NCBI GenBank assembly: GCA_000092065.1
Contig: CP000600.1
DNA: 64,000 nucleotides
Reading direction: 5' to 3' (one strand)
Source: Ostreococcus lucimarinus
Taxonomy: Eukaryota
This document shows, one piece after another, positions 10,158-20,556 of this stretch (the stretch's first letter is position 1; every line of letters begins with the position of its first letter). A model generated the notes under the pieces. It did not search any database, was not told the DNA's origin, and was given only the letters and a program-made list of their open reading frames with translations. The translations under genes were made by a program, and so were the position numbers.

Positions 10158-12995
10158 ATGTCGAACCAAGCGTCGCGCGCGCTTCGCGCGCCGGTGGCGC
10201 CGTTCGGCGACGCGCCCGCGCCCGCGGGTTACGTCCCGGGACTCGGTCGCGGCGCCGCGGGGTTCACGACGCGGAGCGACATCGGGCCGGGACAGGTCGC
10301 GGCGGCGGGGGACAAGGTGCGGGAACGAAACGACGACGACGACGCGACGACGCGACGACGCGACGACGCGACGGAGGCGCGATGCGATGGACGCGCGCGC
10401 GGATGATGCCGGCGAACGACTGACGAGGACGGCGCGCGCGAGTAGGAGCGAGACGAGGACGGCGGGAGAAGCGGCGACGGCGGCGAAGACGGATTGTTCG
10501 GCCGGGACGCGTCGACGTACGACGACGACGACGCGGAGGCGGATGAGATATGGGCGCAGATCGATGAGAGGATGGACTCGAGGCGGAGGGACGCGCGAGA
10601 GCGGCGGGAGAGGGAACAGATGGAAAAGTTTAGGGATGAGAATCCGAAAATCGTGGAGACGTTTCGCGACTTGAAGCGCGGGCTGAAGGACGTGTCGTAC
10701 GCGGAGTGGGACGCGATTCCGGATATCGGGGACTACACGATCAAGAAGAAAAAACTGAACGTGGGGTTCATGCCCGCGCCCGATACGCTGCTGGCCAAGG
10801 CGTTGGCGGAGAAGGAGACGGTGAACACGGCGGCGGACGCGGGCGGCGAGCAAGACTTGACGGCGGTGGGCGAAGGTCGAGGGACGGTTTTGGGGTTGAA
10901 GCTCGACCGATTAAGCGATAGCGTCACGGGTCAAACGACGATCGATCCGAAGGGGTACTTGACCGATTTAGGCTCGCAGAAGATCACGAGCGCGGCGGAG
11001 ATTTCTGACATTAAAAAGGCGCGTTTGCTGCTCAAGAGCGTCATCAACACCAACCCCAAGCACGGCCCGGGGTGGATTGCGGCGGCGCGTTTGGAGGAAC
11101 TCGCGGGTAAATTACAACAAGCGCGAGTGTTCATGCAAAAAGGGTGCGAGGAGTGTCCGAAGAACGAAGACGTGTGGATCGAGGCGGCGCGGTTGAACAC
11201 GCCGGAGAACGCCAAGGCAATTTTAGCGCGCGGCGTGCAAACGTTGCCGAATTCGGTGAAGATTTGGATGCAAGCGGCGCAATTAGAGATTGAAGATGAG
11301 CGTAAGCGGCGCGTGTTGCGGCGAGCGTTGGAGAACGTGCCGAATTCTGTGCGATTGTGGAAGGCGCTCGTGGACTTGAGCGCCGAGGACGACGCCAAGG
11401 TGTTGCTCGCGCGCGCGACGGAATGTTGTCCGCAGCACGTCGAACTTTGGCTCGCGCTGGCGCGTTTGGAGACCACTGAGAACGGTCGTAAGGTGCTGAA
11501 CAAGGCACGCGAAACATTACCGCGCGAGCCTCAGATTTGGATCACCGCGGCGAAGCTCGAGGAGGCGAATGGGAACGAAAAAATGGTGGAGAAAATCATC
11601 GCGCGCGCGGTCAAGTCGCTCAAATCGCACGGCGTCACCATCGATCGCGAGAGTTGGATCAAAGAAGCGGAAATCGCTGAAAAAGCCGAACCACCGTCGA
11701 TTGCGACGTGTCGGGCGATCGTCAAGGCGACCATAGGCGAAGGCGTGGAGGAAGAGGACAAAAAACGCACTTGGAAGGCGGACGCGGAGGAGTGTATGAA
11801 GCGCGAGAGCGCCGAGACCGCGCGCGCGATTTATGCGCACGCGCTAGATTCAGGATTTTCGCACAAGAAGGGTTTGTGGATGAAAGCGGCGATGTTGGAA
11901 AAGCGATTCGGTACGCCTGATTCCGTCGACGCCGTCTTGCGCAAGGCGGTGACTTTTTGCCCCAACGCTGAAATCTTGTGGCTCATGGGCGCGAAAGAGC
12001 GCTGGCTCAGCGGCGACGTCACGCGAGCGCGCGAGATTTTACAATCAGCCTTCGACGCCAACCCGGACTCGGAAGAGATTTGGCTCGCGGCTTTCAAATT
12101 GGAGTTTGAAAACGGCGAAATTGATCGCGCGCGCATGTTGCTCGCCAAGGCGCGAGAACGTTTGGCCGACTGTGCGCGGGTTTGGATGAAATCTGCGCTT
12201 GTCGAGCGCGAGGCGGGTGATGAACAAGCCGAACGCAAGCTTCTCGATGAAGGCATCGAAAAGTTTCCGACGTTTTGGAAACTTTGGATGCAACTCGGGC
12301 AACTTGAACAGCGCGCCGGGGAGAAGCGCGCCGAGCAAGTCCGACACGCGTACACGCAAGGCACGAAGAAGTGCCCGAACGCGATTCCGTTATGGATTGC
12401 GCTTTCAAGTTTTGAGATGCGCAGTGGGAACGCGTCCAAGGCGAGAATCATTCTCGAAACCGCGCGCGCGAAGAATCCCTCCAACGAACACTTGTGGCTC
12501 GCCGCCGTACGTCAAGAGCGCGAGAGCGGAAACATCCAGCTCGCCGAGAGCACGATCGCGCGTGCACTGCAAGAGTGCCCAACGAGCGGTTTGCTCCTTG
12601 CCGAGTCCGTGCGATTTGCGCCTCGCCCGCAAAGGAAATCGAAATCTGTCGACGCGTTGCGGCGGTGCGACAACGATCCGTACATCATCGCCGCCATCGC
12701 CATTTTGTTCTGGGCCGACCGCAAACTCGACAAAGCCCGAAGCTGGTGGAACCGCGCGGTGACAATAGCACCCGACATTGGTGACCACTGGGCGTCGTAT
12801 TACAAATTCGAACTCCAAACCGCGGGCGAGCAAGCCGCCCAAGCCGTCGCCGAGCGTTGCGCGCGGGCCGCTCCTCGCCACGGCGAGAATTGGAGCGCGA
12901 TGCGCAAGCGCGTGGAGAACTGGCACGATCCCGTGATTGAAATTTTGAAAAAAGTTGCCGCCGGGCAAGACGAAATGGCGTACGCGACGAAATAG
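10158..12995 (+). CDS. PRP6: pre-mRNA splicing factor PRP6 (U5 snRNP 102-kDa protein, HAT/TPR repeats), with one probable short intron near the 5' end
   Basis: The N-terminus MSNQ...[30 protein letters not shown] is the PRP1_N motif. It continues in ORF 10494..12995 ([24 protein letters not shown], then about 15 HAT repeats to ...[13 protein letters not shown]). An in-frame stop at 10404 separates the two parts. Confidence 0.9.
10317..10445 (+). other. predicted intron in PRP6 (AAG|GTGCGG ... AGTAG|GAG), boundaries tentative
   Basis: Removes the in-frame stops at 10404 and 10443 and keeps the frame (both boundaries fall on codon boundaries of frame 9993). The donor resembles the TM9SF donor GTGCGT; the acceptor lacks a pyrimidine tract. 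Confidence 0.4.
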
Positions 12996-13005
12996 TATCT
13001 TAGCT

Positions 13006-13010
13006 TGTAA
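13006..13010 (+). promoter_or_regulatory. TGTAA putative polyadenylation signal downstream of PRP6
   Basis: TGTAA lies 11 nt after stop codon 12993-12995; UGUAA is the chlorophyte polyadenylation signal (established knowledge). Confidence 0.5.
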
Positions 13011-13078
13011 TAAGTCGCCACCTTAGCGTCCCGAACCTCCCGCGCGTCGGCACAACGCCACTCCGCACGCGGCGCCTC

Positions 13079-13636
13079 ATGGCGCCCTCTCCCGCGAGCG
13101 CGTTCGATCCCACGAAGCTCGACGTGTTCTTCGAACAATACGTCGATGAAGACACGCAGCTCCCGCTCATCGCGAGCATAATCGATCGAGAACTCAGCGA
13201 ACCTTACTCCATCTTCACCTACCGGTACTTCTTGAACAACTGGCCCGAGCTGTGCTTCATGGCGATCGATTCGTCCTCGCGCGAGTGCGTGGGTGTCATC
13301 GTGTGTAAGCTCGAGAAGCACCGGGAGATGATGCGGGGGTACGTGGGGATGCTGGTGGTGGATAAGCGCGCGCGCAAATTGAAGCTCGGGAGCGAGCTCG
13401 TGTCGCGCGCGCTGGCCGTGATGCAAGAAAGAGGCGCGGATGAGTGCGTGTTAGAGGCAGAGACGACGAACGAGGGGGCGCTGCGGTTGTATCAATCATT
13501 AGGATTCATCAGGGATAAGGCGTTGTCGAGGTACTACTTGAGCGGGCGCGACGCGTATCGCCTCAAGCTGTTATTCCCGCTGCCACCCGCGGACGAGGTG
13601 GACGAGGCGAGCGGCGCGCCGAGCGACGCGAACTAG
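13079..13636 (+). CDS. NAA30: N-alpha-acetyltransferase 30 (NatC catalytic subunit, MAK3-like GNAT)
   Basis: YSIFTYRYFLNNWPELCFMA, VGVIVCKLE, RGYVGMLVVDKRARKLKLGSELVSRAL, LEAETTNEGALRLYQSLGFIRDKALSRYYLSG. Confidence 0.85.
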   Translation: MAPSPASAFDPTKLDVFFEQYVDEDTQLPLIASIIDRELSEPYSIFTYRYFLNNWPELCFMAIDSSSRECVGVIVCKLEKHREMMRGYVGMLVVDKRARKLKLGSELVSRALAVMQERGADECVLEAETTNEGALRLYQSLGFIRDKALSRYYLSGRDAYRLKLLFPLPPADEVDEASGAPSDAN

Positions 13637-13647
13637 CGAATTAGCGA

Positions 13648-13652
13648 TGTAA
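13648..13652 (+). promoter_or_regulatory. TGTAA putative polyadenylation signal downstream of NAA30
   Basis: 12 nt after stop 13634-13636; the region is shared with the convergent RPS18 3' end. Confidence 0.45.
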
Positions 13653-13787
13653 TCTAGCTTTATTTTAGCGTCACGGCGATTTGTGAATGGTGTGGAGTGT
13701 ACTACATCGTACGACGAGCATCTAATATCGCTAAGGGTTTTCGGCTTTGCCGGGCGGCGAATACGCCGCTCGACGTCTCGCAGAAAA

Positions 13788-14222
13788 TTAACGACGGCCA
13801 CGTCCAGTGGTCTTCGTGTGTTGCCCTCTGACACGAATACCCCAGTAGTGTCGGAGACCTCTGTGGTTACGCATCTTCTTCAAGCGTTCCAAATCGTCGC
13901 GCAACTTCGTGTCGAGTTGGTTCGACACCAGCTGCGAAAACTTGCCATCCTTGAAGTCGTGCTTGCGGTTCAAGAACCAATCCGGAATCCTGAACTGTCG
14001 CGGGTTAGACACGATCACCATCAACGATTCCAACTCAGCCGCGCTCAGCTCACCGGCGCGCTTCCCGAGATCAATCTCAGCCTTTTTGCACACCAAGTTG
14101 GAAAATCGGCGGCCGATACCCTTGATCTTCGTCAACGAGTACATCACCTTCTCGCGACCGTCCACGTTGGTGTTCAGGACGCGAATGATGTGTTGAAAAT
14201 CATCTCCAACGATGAGAGACAT
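13788..14222 (-). CDS. RPS18: 40S ribosomal protein S18 (uS13)
   Basis: [59 protein letters not shown]...[17 protein letters not shown]...[25 protein letters not shown] is near-identical in pattern to eukaryotic S18; it ends at GRGRR, lacking the usual TVGVSKKK-like tail. Confidence 0.95.
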   Translation of the reverse strand: MSLIVGDDFQHIIRVLNTNVDGREKVMYSLTKIKGIGRRFSNLVCKKAEIDLGKRAGELSAAELESLMVIVSNPRQFRIPDWFLNRKHDFKDGKFSQLVSNQLDTKLRDDLERLKKMRNHRGLRHYWGIRVRGQHTKTTGRGRR

Positions 14223-14574
14223 GTCGTGCGGCGTTTACGGCGTCCAAGCGCGCGAAACGGAGGTTACGTTCGACGATGGATGGATCGACGAAAGATGCGA
14301 CGATCGGTTGTGCGATCGACGTATGTGCGCGCGACACGGATCGACCGAGCGTGCGTTCGAGCGGTGCGTGGGACGAAAGGAAAACTTTCTTGCGTTCGCG
14401 TGCGCGTGCGGGCGCGACGTGCGTCGGCGCGTCGGGAAAAGACGGACGCGAGCACACGTGTTAGGGCTTTTGAGGGCAGCGGCGCGCGCGCGAGGTCGGC
14501 GTCGATGACGGGGAGTCGCTCGTATTTAAGGGGTCGCGTTGAATCACAACTCAAAGAATTTTAGGAGAAATGGC

Positions 14575-15441
14575 CTACGGCCCCGGACGCTCGGGCCTCG
14601 GGCCGAGTTCGCCGCGAGGATCGGTGACAGTGATGTCGCCCTCTCGCGGCTCGTTGTGTAATTTGTTTTGAACCGCGTCAGCTTCGACGCGCTCTTCAAG
14701 GGCGGTCAAGAGACGATCGACGACGACGTCGACGGGGGCGCCGTCGGCGTCGTCGCGCGCGCCGAGCGGGACGGTGATGTCTGCCTGCTTGTACATCGTT
14801 TCGCGCGTTTCTAACAGAGCGTTGATCTTGGCGACGATGGAATCGATCGTCGGTTGTTCCTCGCCGCTGGTGTCGCCGGAGAGTAAGGGACGCTTTTCGA
14901 CGCCGTCGGCGAGGACGCGGCGCGCCAAGAGCTCGGAGTCGCCGTGCAAGCGCACGGTGACGCCGTTGTGCAGGTGCATCCAATTCGTCTTCTCGCACAC
15001 GATACCACCGCCCGTAGATATGACGCATCGCTTGTACGCCGCGACTTCGGCGAGGATCATGCTCTCGATGGCGCGAAATTCGCTCTCGCCCGCCTCGGCG
15101 AAGAGCTCGCTCGGCGTCTTCTTTGTCACGCTCTTGATGAGCTCATCCGTGTCCAAGTGATTGTACCCGAGCGCTTTCGCCAGCGACGCCCCGACGGTGG
15201 ACTTTCCGGACCCCATGATACCGATTAAGAACAGCGACGTGTCTGCGAGCTTGTTCGCGACGGTACGACCGCGCAGAAGCTGCGCGGACTCGGACGCCGA
15301 AGCCGAGGCCGAGGACGCCCGGCGACTGTCTCGAGCGCGTCGCGTCGCGATGACGCGGTGCTTGAGCGTTTGCGTCGGTGCGGAACATTGCGTCGACGGC
15401 GAAGCGACGGCACGACGAGCCGCGAGCGCGGCAGACGACAT
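14575..15441 (-). CDS. shikimate kinase with an N-terminal transit-peptide-like extension
   Basis: P-loop LFLIGIMGSGKSTVGASLAKALGYNHLDTDELI, then ...FRAIESMILAEV..., VISTGGG. Start moved to the ATG at 15439-15441 (MSSAALAARR) because the upstream part of ORF 14575..15585 overlaps the 3' end of the preceding gene. Confidence 0.88.
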   Translation of the reverse strand: MSSAALAARRAVASPSTQCSAPTQTLKHRVIATRRARDSRRASSASASASESAQLLRGRTVANKLADTSLFLIGIMGSGKSTVGASLAKALGYNHLDTDELIKSVTKKTPSELFAEAGESEFRAIESMILAEVAAYKRCVISTGGGIVCEKTNWMHLHNGVTVRLHGDSELLARRVLADGVEKRPLLSGDTSGEEQPTIDSIVAKINALLETRETMYKQADITVPLGARDDADGAPVDVVVDRLLTALEERVEADAVQNKLHNEPREGDITVTDPRGELGPRPERPGP

Positions 15442-15509
15442 GATGTCGCGCGTTTGAAAGTGAGGATGAAGATGGGGACAAGGACCTTGAGGTTTTCGGC
15501 GCTCGGGGC

Positions 15510-18500
15510 TCACGCGAAGAGACTGAGCGCTATTGGTAGAAAGACGACGCCATTCGCCACGGCGAAGAGCAAAATCACGCACCATTGACTGAAAAAGTAC
15601 ACGCGGAAGTACTCGTACCGCGCGAACGCGCTCGGGATGACACCAAGGAACGTGGTCACTCCAGCGTTGAACAAAGCGGGAGCGATGGATGCGAAGGCGG
15701 CGCCCGCGCGCCGGTCGGAAGAGAAAAACGCGCGGGACATGTGAGCGATGAATTCATTCACGACACCGGTCGAAATGATCAAGTTCGCCATGGATGCGCC
15801 GTTGAGCTTGACATTGAACCGACCCATGGCGCCGAAGAGCTCAGCTTGTGTGAACGCGAGCGTCGCAGAGGCCACCATAGTCGCTCGAACGTCGCCGCGA
15901 AAAGCAACGAACATAATGATTGTGGACGTCACGAGTCCTATGATGAGCGCTCGCCACGTGTTTGACTTGATGTTCAAGTACTGTTCGTTCATCGCATACA
16001 GCGCTACGTCGAATGGGAAGGCTCGGGCACCTCCTCGCGCGACGATGTCAGAATTCTTCAACGCGCTTCGAGCCTGGCGGATGTGCGCGAGTTTATCGTC
16101 AACGTCGAAAACGTCTTCGACGTAAAACAACAGCCTGGCGCTCGTGACGATTGACGCGTTGCTTCCGAGTGTTGTGAACGCGCGCGAAATTTCGCCGCGC
16201 TGACCGCCGGCGAGAAAAGCCGGGAACTCGCGAACGAATGCGTCTTCGTTGTAAATCAGTCGATGAGGGCAGTAGCATCGACTTCGCTCGCGGCTCGCGC
16301 CTTTGTGGAATTCGCACCGCTTCGATTGCGTCTGAGGTACGTGTGCTAAGCACTTTACCATGCATGTAAACGTTTGATTCTCGTCGAGCGCGTCCGCAGC
16401 GCACGAATCGTAAGGTTCCGCCGCCCTCGTGGCGTCGTAGTACCAACGCGTGTCGTTCAGCGAACACGAATGCCCGCCCGCAACTCTCGATTCCGCGTAT
16501 TCGGTGTAGTAAATCATGAAGTTGGTTGACCCGTGCGTTACGTCGACGTGCGCGACGTCGAGAAAGTCGCGCTCGAGTTCTCGCAACGCCACGGCGTACC
16601 GAGCAAAATCGACATTCGAGACGAAGACGAAGACAGGATACGTGGCGAATCGATGCTCCATCTCCGCCACGAACGGCGCCATGTAAGAATCGCTCGGTAT
16701 GACGTCCCGCATTTCGAGTCCAAGGCGTACTGTTGGAATGCCGGCGATCAAATACACGGCGAAGACACCATACATGGCGAGCACCGCAAGGCGTAACGCC
16801 GTGCTTGCGCGTGGTGCAGCAATCAAACGCTCACGCCACCGCACAAACGGCTCATACACCGCCGATGAAATCTTCGCAAAGGAAGAGTCGCGACGGAGCG
16901 GTGTCGTGCATTCGACGTCTTCTGATACCCTCCTCGCCTCAGATGCGCTGCGTCGCTCGAGATGTCGATACAGAATGCCAGGGAAAACCAACAACGCGAC
17001 GATGTAGTTGCATGCCACTGCGCACGCTATTTGGATACCAAAGTTTCTCACCGCGGGCACCGGCGAAATGGCGCCGAGCAAGAACGCGGCAAAGTTCATC
17101 GCGCTGGACAGTGTCACCGATGTACCACCATCGCGTAAAGTGCGAACGAGTATGTCTTCATTAGAACTTATTGAATCACCGTCAACGAATGAATCTTCAA
17201 GTTCTGCCGTAGCCGCCGCGGCGTGCGACGCGAGCACAAAGAAATCATTCACGCCCAAGCCGAGCGATAAGAACGGCAAAACTTGAAGCGTGATGGCGTT
17301 AAATGTCACGCCAGAGATTCGCGAGAGCGCGGCACTCAATCCTAAAGACGCCCACGTACTTAAAGCGACTACAGAGACGCCTTCGACAGCTGCTCGAGGG
17401 CCACACGCAGCGTTCGGGCTGAGATGGAAATATGTCACGACGTAAAAGGCGACGGTGAAGTAACCAATGAAGAGGAGCACGAAGGCGCCCCTCGACGCGG
17501 CGGCGATGATATCCTCAGTACTTCGTTGTGACATGTAAGCGATTGAAATGTGCTCGTAATTCGCAATTTTGGCGTCGATTTGCGAGAGCCAAAGTGATTC
17601 CCAACCCAACAGTAAATCTTCAGCGTCCTCTTTCGAGAGTTCGCGGCGTTCGTGTGCGGGAACCCAAATCAAAGTCGATGCCGTTGACGCAGATTTGGAC
17701 GCGCGCTTCGCCGGTGGAGTGACAACACTCGTATTCCTACCGCAAACATCGAAACTAGGCGTCGAGAATCCGCTCAGCGTACAAAACTGTACGATTTGTC
17801 CGACGTCATCGCGAGCGAAGAGGGACTCGCACGGTCTCGATCTTCCTCCGCAGTGAAGATCCCCGCAGTGACATTTCGACAAGGCAAAAGTCTCCAAGCT
17901 CGCACAACACTCGCTCGCAGCCGTGTAATTACCCTCGGCGATCAATGGACATTTCGTTTGCAGCGAACGTAGCTTGAATCCACACTCGAAGACGTTTGTC
18001 ACTGGCGTTGAAGCGCTCAAGTCTTCGTAGTAATCGTCTTCGATTCCACTCGTCGAAGACTTGCGTAACGTTTCTCCGTTCGGAAGTCTCACACACTGCG
18101 AATCGAACGAAATTCTTGCTATTCCGCACGTAGTGAACACTTGATTCCCGAGCGCGAACAACGTAGCGTCGCTCATCCACAACGTCTCGACGCACGGATG
18201 CTCGCGTAGTCTCGCCATATACTCGCAGCACGTGGGTGGCTGCTCCGCGTCGCCCTCCGGAACGCAACCGTATTCCAACACCGAAAACAAATTAAACGTT
18301 TCTATGCACGAGCAATCTTCCAACGATGGCGTCCCCGCGCGACAGCCCAACACGTCGACCGCCGACGCCTGCGTCGGCGTAAAAGTCGTTCGCACCACGC
18401 CGCGAGCGGCCAACGAGGCGGCGTCGCGCGTTTGAAACACCACGCGCATCGCATCTAACCCGTTCGCGTCTTCTCGCAATCCCGAAAACAGTACTTTCGG

Positions 18501-19061
18501 GGGAGTCGCGAGATTGAACCATTGTTTGCACCCTCGAGCGAAAGACTGATTGAAATCTTTCTCGAAATCAAATGATGCCACGCTCGGGCGAACCGAGTAC
18601 GACGCCGCGAACGCATCGTTCTTCTCAGCCCCTCCCGGCGCGCTCACCGCACCTTCCGCGAAACAATCCAACGGCGTTATTTGAAAACACGGCGTGTGCG
18701 GTTCGGAATCGACGTACTTGTAGCAAAAATCGTGCAGGGTGTACGACCCCGCCGCGGACGGCGCCTCCAAACCGTACATCCAGTCGTGCCAGTCCTTGAG
18801 TTCTAAGAACGCCTCCCTCGACGCCAACGTCGGCGCTCGCTTCGCCGTCACGACGAACGCCTGCGTCCTATAGTCACCGAACGCGTCTTCGTACGTCTTT
18901 ACCTCCTCCCGCGCTCGCGCGTCGACCCACAACTTCAGCGCGTCGACCTCGACCCTTCCCCAGAGCGCGCCGAACCCCCCCGCGAGCGCGCACGCCGCGA
19001 CCACCGCTCCGCACCGCGGACGCACCGCGCACGCCGCGACGCACGCTCTTATTTTTTCCAT
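15510..19061 (-). CDS. NPC1/Patched-family (RND-type) membrane protein with a sterol-sensing domain
   Basis: 1183 aa: signal peptide, a large Cys-rich luminal domain, then 12-13 TM helices including an SSD-like block (GVNDFFVLASH..., LSSAMNFAAFLLGAISPVPAVRNFGIQIA) and a second TM bundle, as in NPC1/PTCH/Dispatched. Confidence 0.8.
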   Translation of the reverse strand: MEKIRACVAACAVRPRCGAVVAACALAGGFGALWGRVEVDALKLWVDARAREEVKTYEDAFGDYRTQAFVVTAKRAPTLASREAFLELKDWHDWMYGLEAPSAAGSYTLHDFCYKYVDSEPHTPCFQITPLDCFAEGAVSAPGGAEKNDAFAASYSVRPSVASFDFEKDFNQSFARGCKQWFNLATPPKVLFSGLREDANGLDAMRVVFQTRDAASLAARGVVRTTFTPTQASAVDVLGCRAGTPSLEDCSCIETFNLFSVLEYGCVPEGDAEQPPTCCEYMARLREHPCVETLWMSDATLFALGNQVFTTCGIARISFDSQCVRLPNGETLRKSSTSGIEDDYYEDLSASTPVTNVFECGFKLRSLQTKCPLIAEGNYTAASECCASLETFALSKCHCGDLHCGGRSRPCESLFARDDVGQIVQFCTLSGFSTPSFDVCGRNTSVVTPPAKRASKSASTASTLIWVPAHERRELSKEDAEDLLLGWESLWLSQIDAKIANYEHISIAYMSQRSTEDIIAAASRGAFVLLFIGYFTVAFYVVTYFHLSPNAACGPRAAVEGVSVVALSTWASLGLSAALSRISGVTFNAITLQVLPFLSLGLGVNDFFVLASHAAAATAELEDSFVDGDSISSNEDILVRTLRDGGTSVTLSSAMNFAAFLLGAISPVPAVRNFGIQIACAVACNYIVALLVFPGILYRHLERRSASEARRVSEDVECTTPLRRDSSFAKISSAVYEPFVRWRERLIAAPRASTALRLAVLAMYGVFAVYLIAGIPTVRLGLEMRDVIPSDSYMAPFVAEMEHRFATYPVFVFVSNVDFARYAVALRELERDFLDVAHVDVTHGSTNFMIYYTEYAESRVAGGHSCSLNDTRWYYDATRAAEPYDSCAADALDENQTFTCMVKCLAHVPQTQSKRCEFHKGASRERSRCYCPHRLIYNEDAFVREFPAFLAGGQRGEISRAFTTLGSNASIVTSARLLFYVEDVFDVDDKLAHIRQARSALKNSDIVARGGARAFPFDVALYAMNEQYLNIKSNTWRALIIGLVTSTIIMFVAFRGDVRATMVASATLAFTQAELFGAMGRFNVKLNGASMANLIISTGVVNEFIAHMSRAFFSSDRRAGAAFASIAPALFNAGVTTFLGVIPSAFARYEYFRVYFFSQWCVILLFAVANGVVFLPIALSLFA

Positions 19062-19308
19062 CGCCCTCGCGCGCTCCTAGCGCGTCGCGCGCGTCGTCGT
19101 GTGCCGAAAACGGTCGAGAACGTCGAGAGAGCCATGTGTCGGTTCTTGTCCTCTCTCGGCCAACACTAAAATCTACAGCGCAACTTTTGCTACGCGGCAC
19201 ATCGACGCGCGACGCGCGACGCGCGAACGCGAACGCGAACGCGACGCGACGCGAAATAACGTCGACGGTGACGTCGACGTGACCGCGCGCGACGCGCGCG
19301 ACGTCGAC

Positions 19309-19360
19309 GAACGAACGAACGAACGAACGAACGAACGAACGAACGAACGAACGAACGAAC
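19309..19360. repeat. (GAAC)13 tetranucleotide microsatellite in a bidirectional promoter region
   Basis: Perfect GAAC x13 seen directly, flanked by (GCGAAC)3; lies between the divergent NPC1-like (-) and SNARE-like (+) genes. Confidence 0.95.
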
Positions 19361-19385
19361 GATCGTCGAGCCAACACCCGGCGCG

Positions 19386-19883
19386 ATGTCGGGACGAGAG
19401 CGCGATGCGCTGCTCGGGAACGACGCCGAACGCGCGCGGAGGAAGACGGCGATCGAAGGCGTGGAGCGGTCGAGCGCGAACGCGGATCGGTTGGAGCAAA
19501 CGGCGCGGACAGCGATGGAGAGCGCGCAGACTGGAGAAAACATTATGAGCAAGCTGCACGATCAGCGGGAGAAGATTTTGAGCGCGCGCGCGAGCGCGGG
19601 GCACATGGAGCGGGATATGGATAAGAGTGAAAAGCGCATGACGCAGCTCGGATGCGAAAAGTGCATGCAGCGGTGGGCGTTTTGTGTTTTAGTGTTGCTC
19701 GTGTTGACGGGATTGAGTTTTCTGTTGTGGTATAAACTCAAGCATCGGGACGAAGATAAGGCGCGTCGAGAGGCCGAGGAGGACGAGGCGTTGGCGATGT
19801 TGGCGTCGAAAGTGACGTCCACGGTGAACGATTCGTTGGCGCACATGGGACGGGTCCCGCGGCGACTGTTGGGGACGAGATAG
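19386..19883 (+). CDS. SNARE-like protein (Q-SNARE motif plus a single TM, with an unusually long post-TM tail)
   Basis: Heptad SNARE-like segment (ADRLEQTARTAMESAQTGENIMSKLHDQREKILSARASAGHMERDMDKSEKRMTQL), then a TM (WAFCVLVLLVLTGLSFLLWY), then about 45 charged residues. Confidence 0.5.
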   Translation: MSGRERDALLGNDAERARRKTAIEGVERSSANADRLEQTARTAMESAQTGENIMSKLHDQREKILSARASAGHMERDMDKSEKRMTQLGCEKCMQRWAFCVLVLLVLTGLSFLLWYKLKHRDEDKARREAEEDEALAMLASKVTSTVNDSLAHMGRVPRRLLGTR

Positions 19884-19944
19884 CAAAACTTTGTTTGTTC
19901 ATAGAAAAATGTATGTAGACTACACCGCGACGACCGCGTCGCGA

Positions 19945-20556
19945 TCACGAGAACCCGACCGATTTCCACCCATACTTACTCAGCGCCAACCGCAGCGTCT
20001 TGATGCGCTTGCGATTCGCGTCGCCGTCGCTCTGTCCCAAACGCGAAGCGCTCCTGTAGTCTACGCGCGACTTCGAGTTGCCCACATCCTTCGGGAACCA
20101 AAACTCCACGTCGTCCACGAACCCAAATATTTTACTCTTGTACTCCAACCGCAAGTAATCATCCGTTCGCTCGACGATCGTCGGCGTGAATCCATCGCAA
20201 TCCGTCGTCAGCGTGACGTCGACGAGCTCCTGCATCGCCTCGCTCGTCGTCTTCGCCGCGCCGCCGCGCGCGATTTTCTCCTCGTCGTTGTACGTCCACG
20301 CCGGAATGTAGTGCAGCGTGTCGTTGAACTCGTCCGCCGTGCCGACGCAGTTCGGCGTCGACGGGCAGAGCGCGAGGCCGGTCGAGACGCCGTTGAACGA
20401 CCCCACGCCCAACCCGGGACGCTCGCCCTCAAAGTTTAACAGCGAACCGACGAGCACGGGGGCGGCGACGCCGCGCAGGACGAAGCGACGGGACTGCTCG
20501 GGCGCGCGTTGGGCGCTGGCGCGAACGCACGGGCGAGCGGAGGCGCGCGCGAGCAT
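19945..20556 (-). CDS. DUF1499-family protein with a plastid transit-peptide-like N-terminus
   Basis: LALCPSTPNCVGTADEFNDTLHYIPAW matches the CPxxPNCVSS signature of DUF1499; start set at MLARASARPCVRA (20554-20556); the ORF track extends to 20622. Confidence 0.65.
   Translation of the reverse strand: MLARASARPCVRASAQRAPEQSRRFVLRGVAAPVLVGSLLNFEGERPGLGVGSFNGVSTGLALCPSTPNCVGTADEFNDTLHYIPAWTYNDEEKIARGGAAKTTSEAMQELVDVTLTTDCDGFTPTIVERTDDYLRLEYKSKIFGFVDDVEFWFPKDVGNSKSRVDYRSASRLGQSDGDANRKRIKTLRLALSKYGWKSVGFS

Noticed and set aside
19099-19604. ORFs encoding ERTNERTNERTN / SFVRSFVRSFV
   Set aside because: Direct translation of the (GAAC)n microsatellite in the promoter region; not coding.
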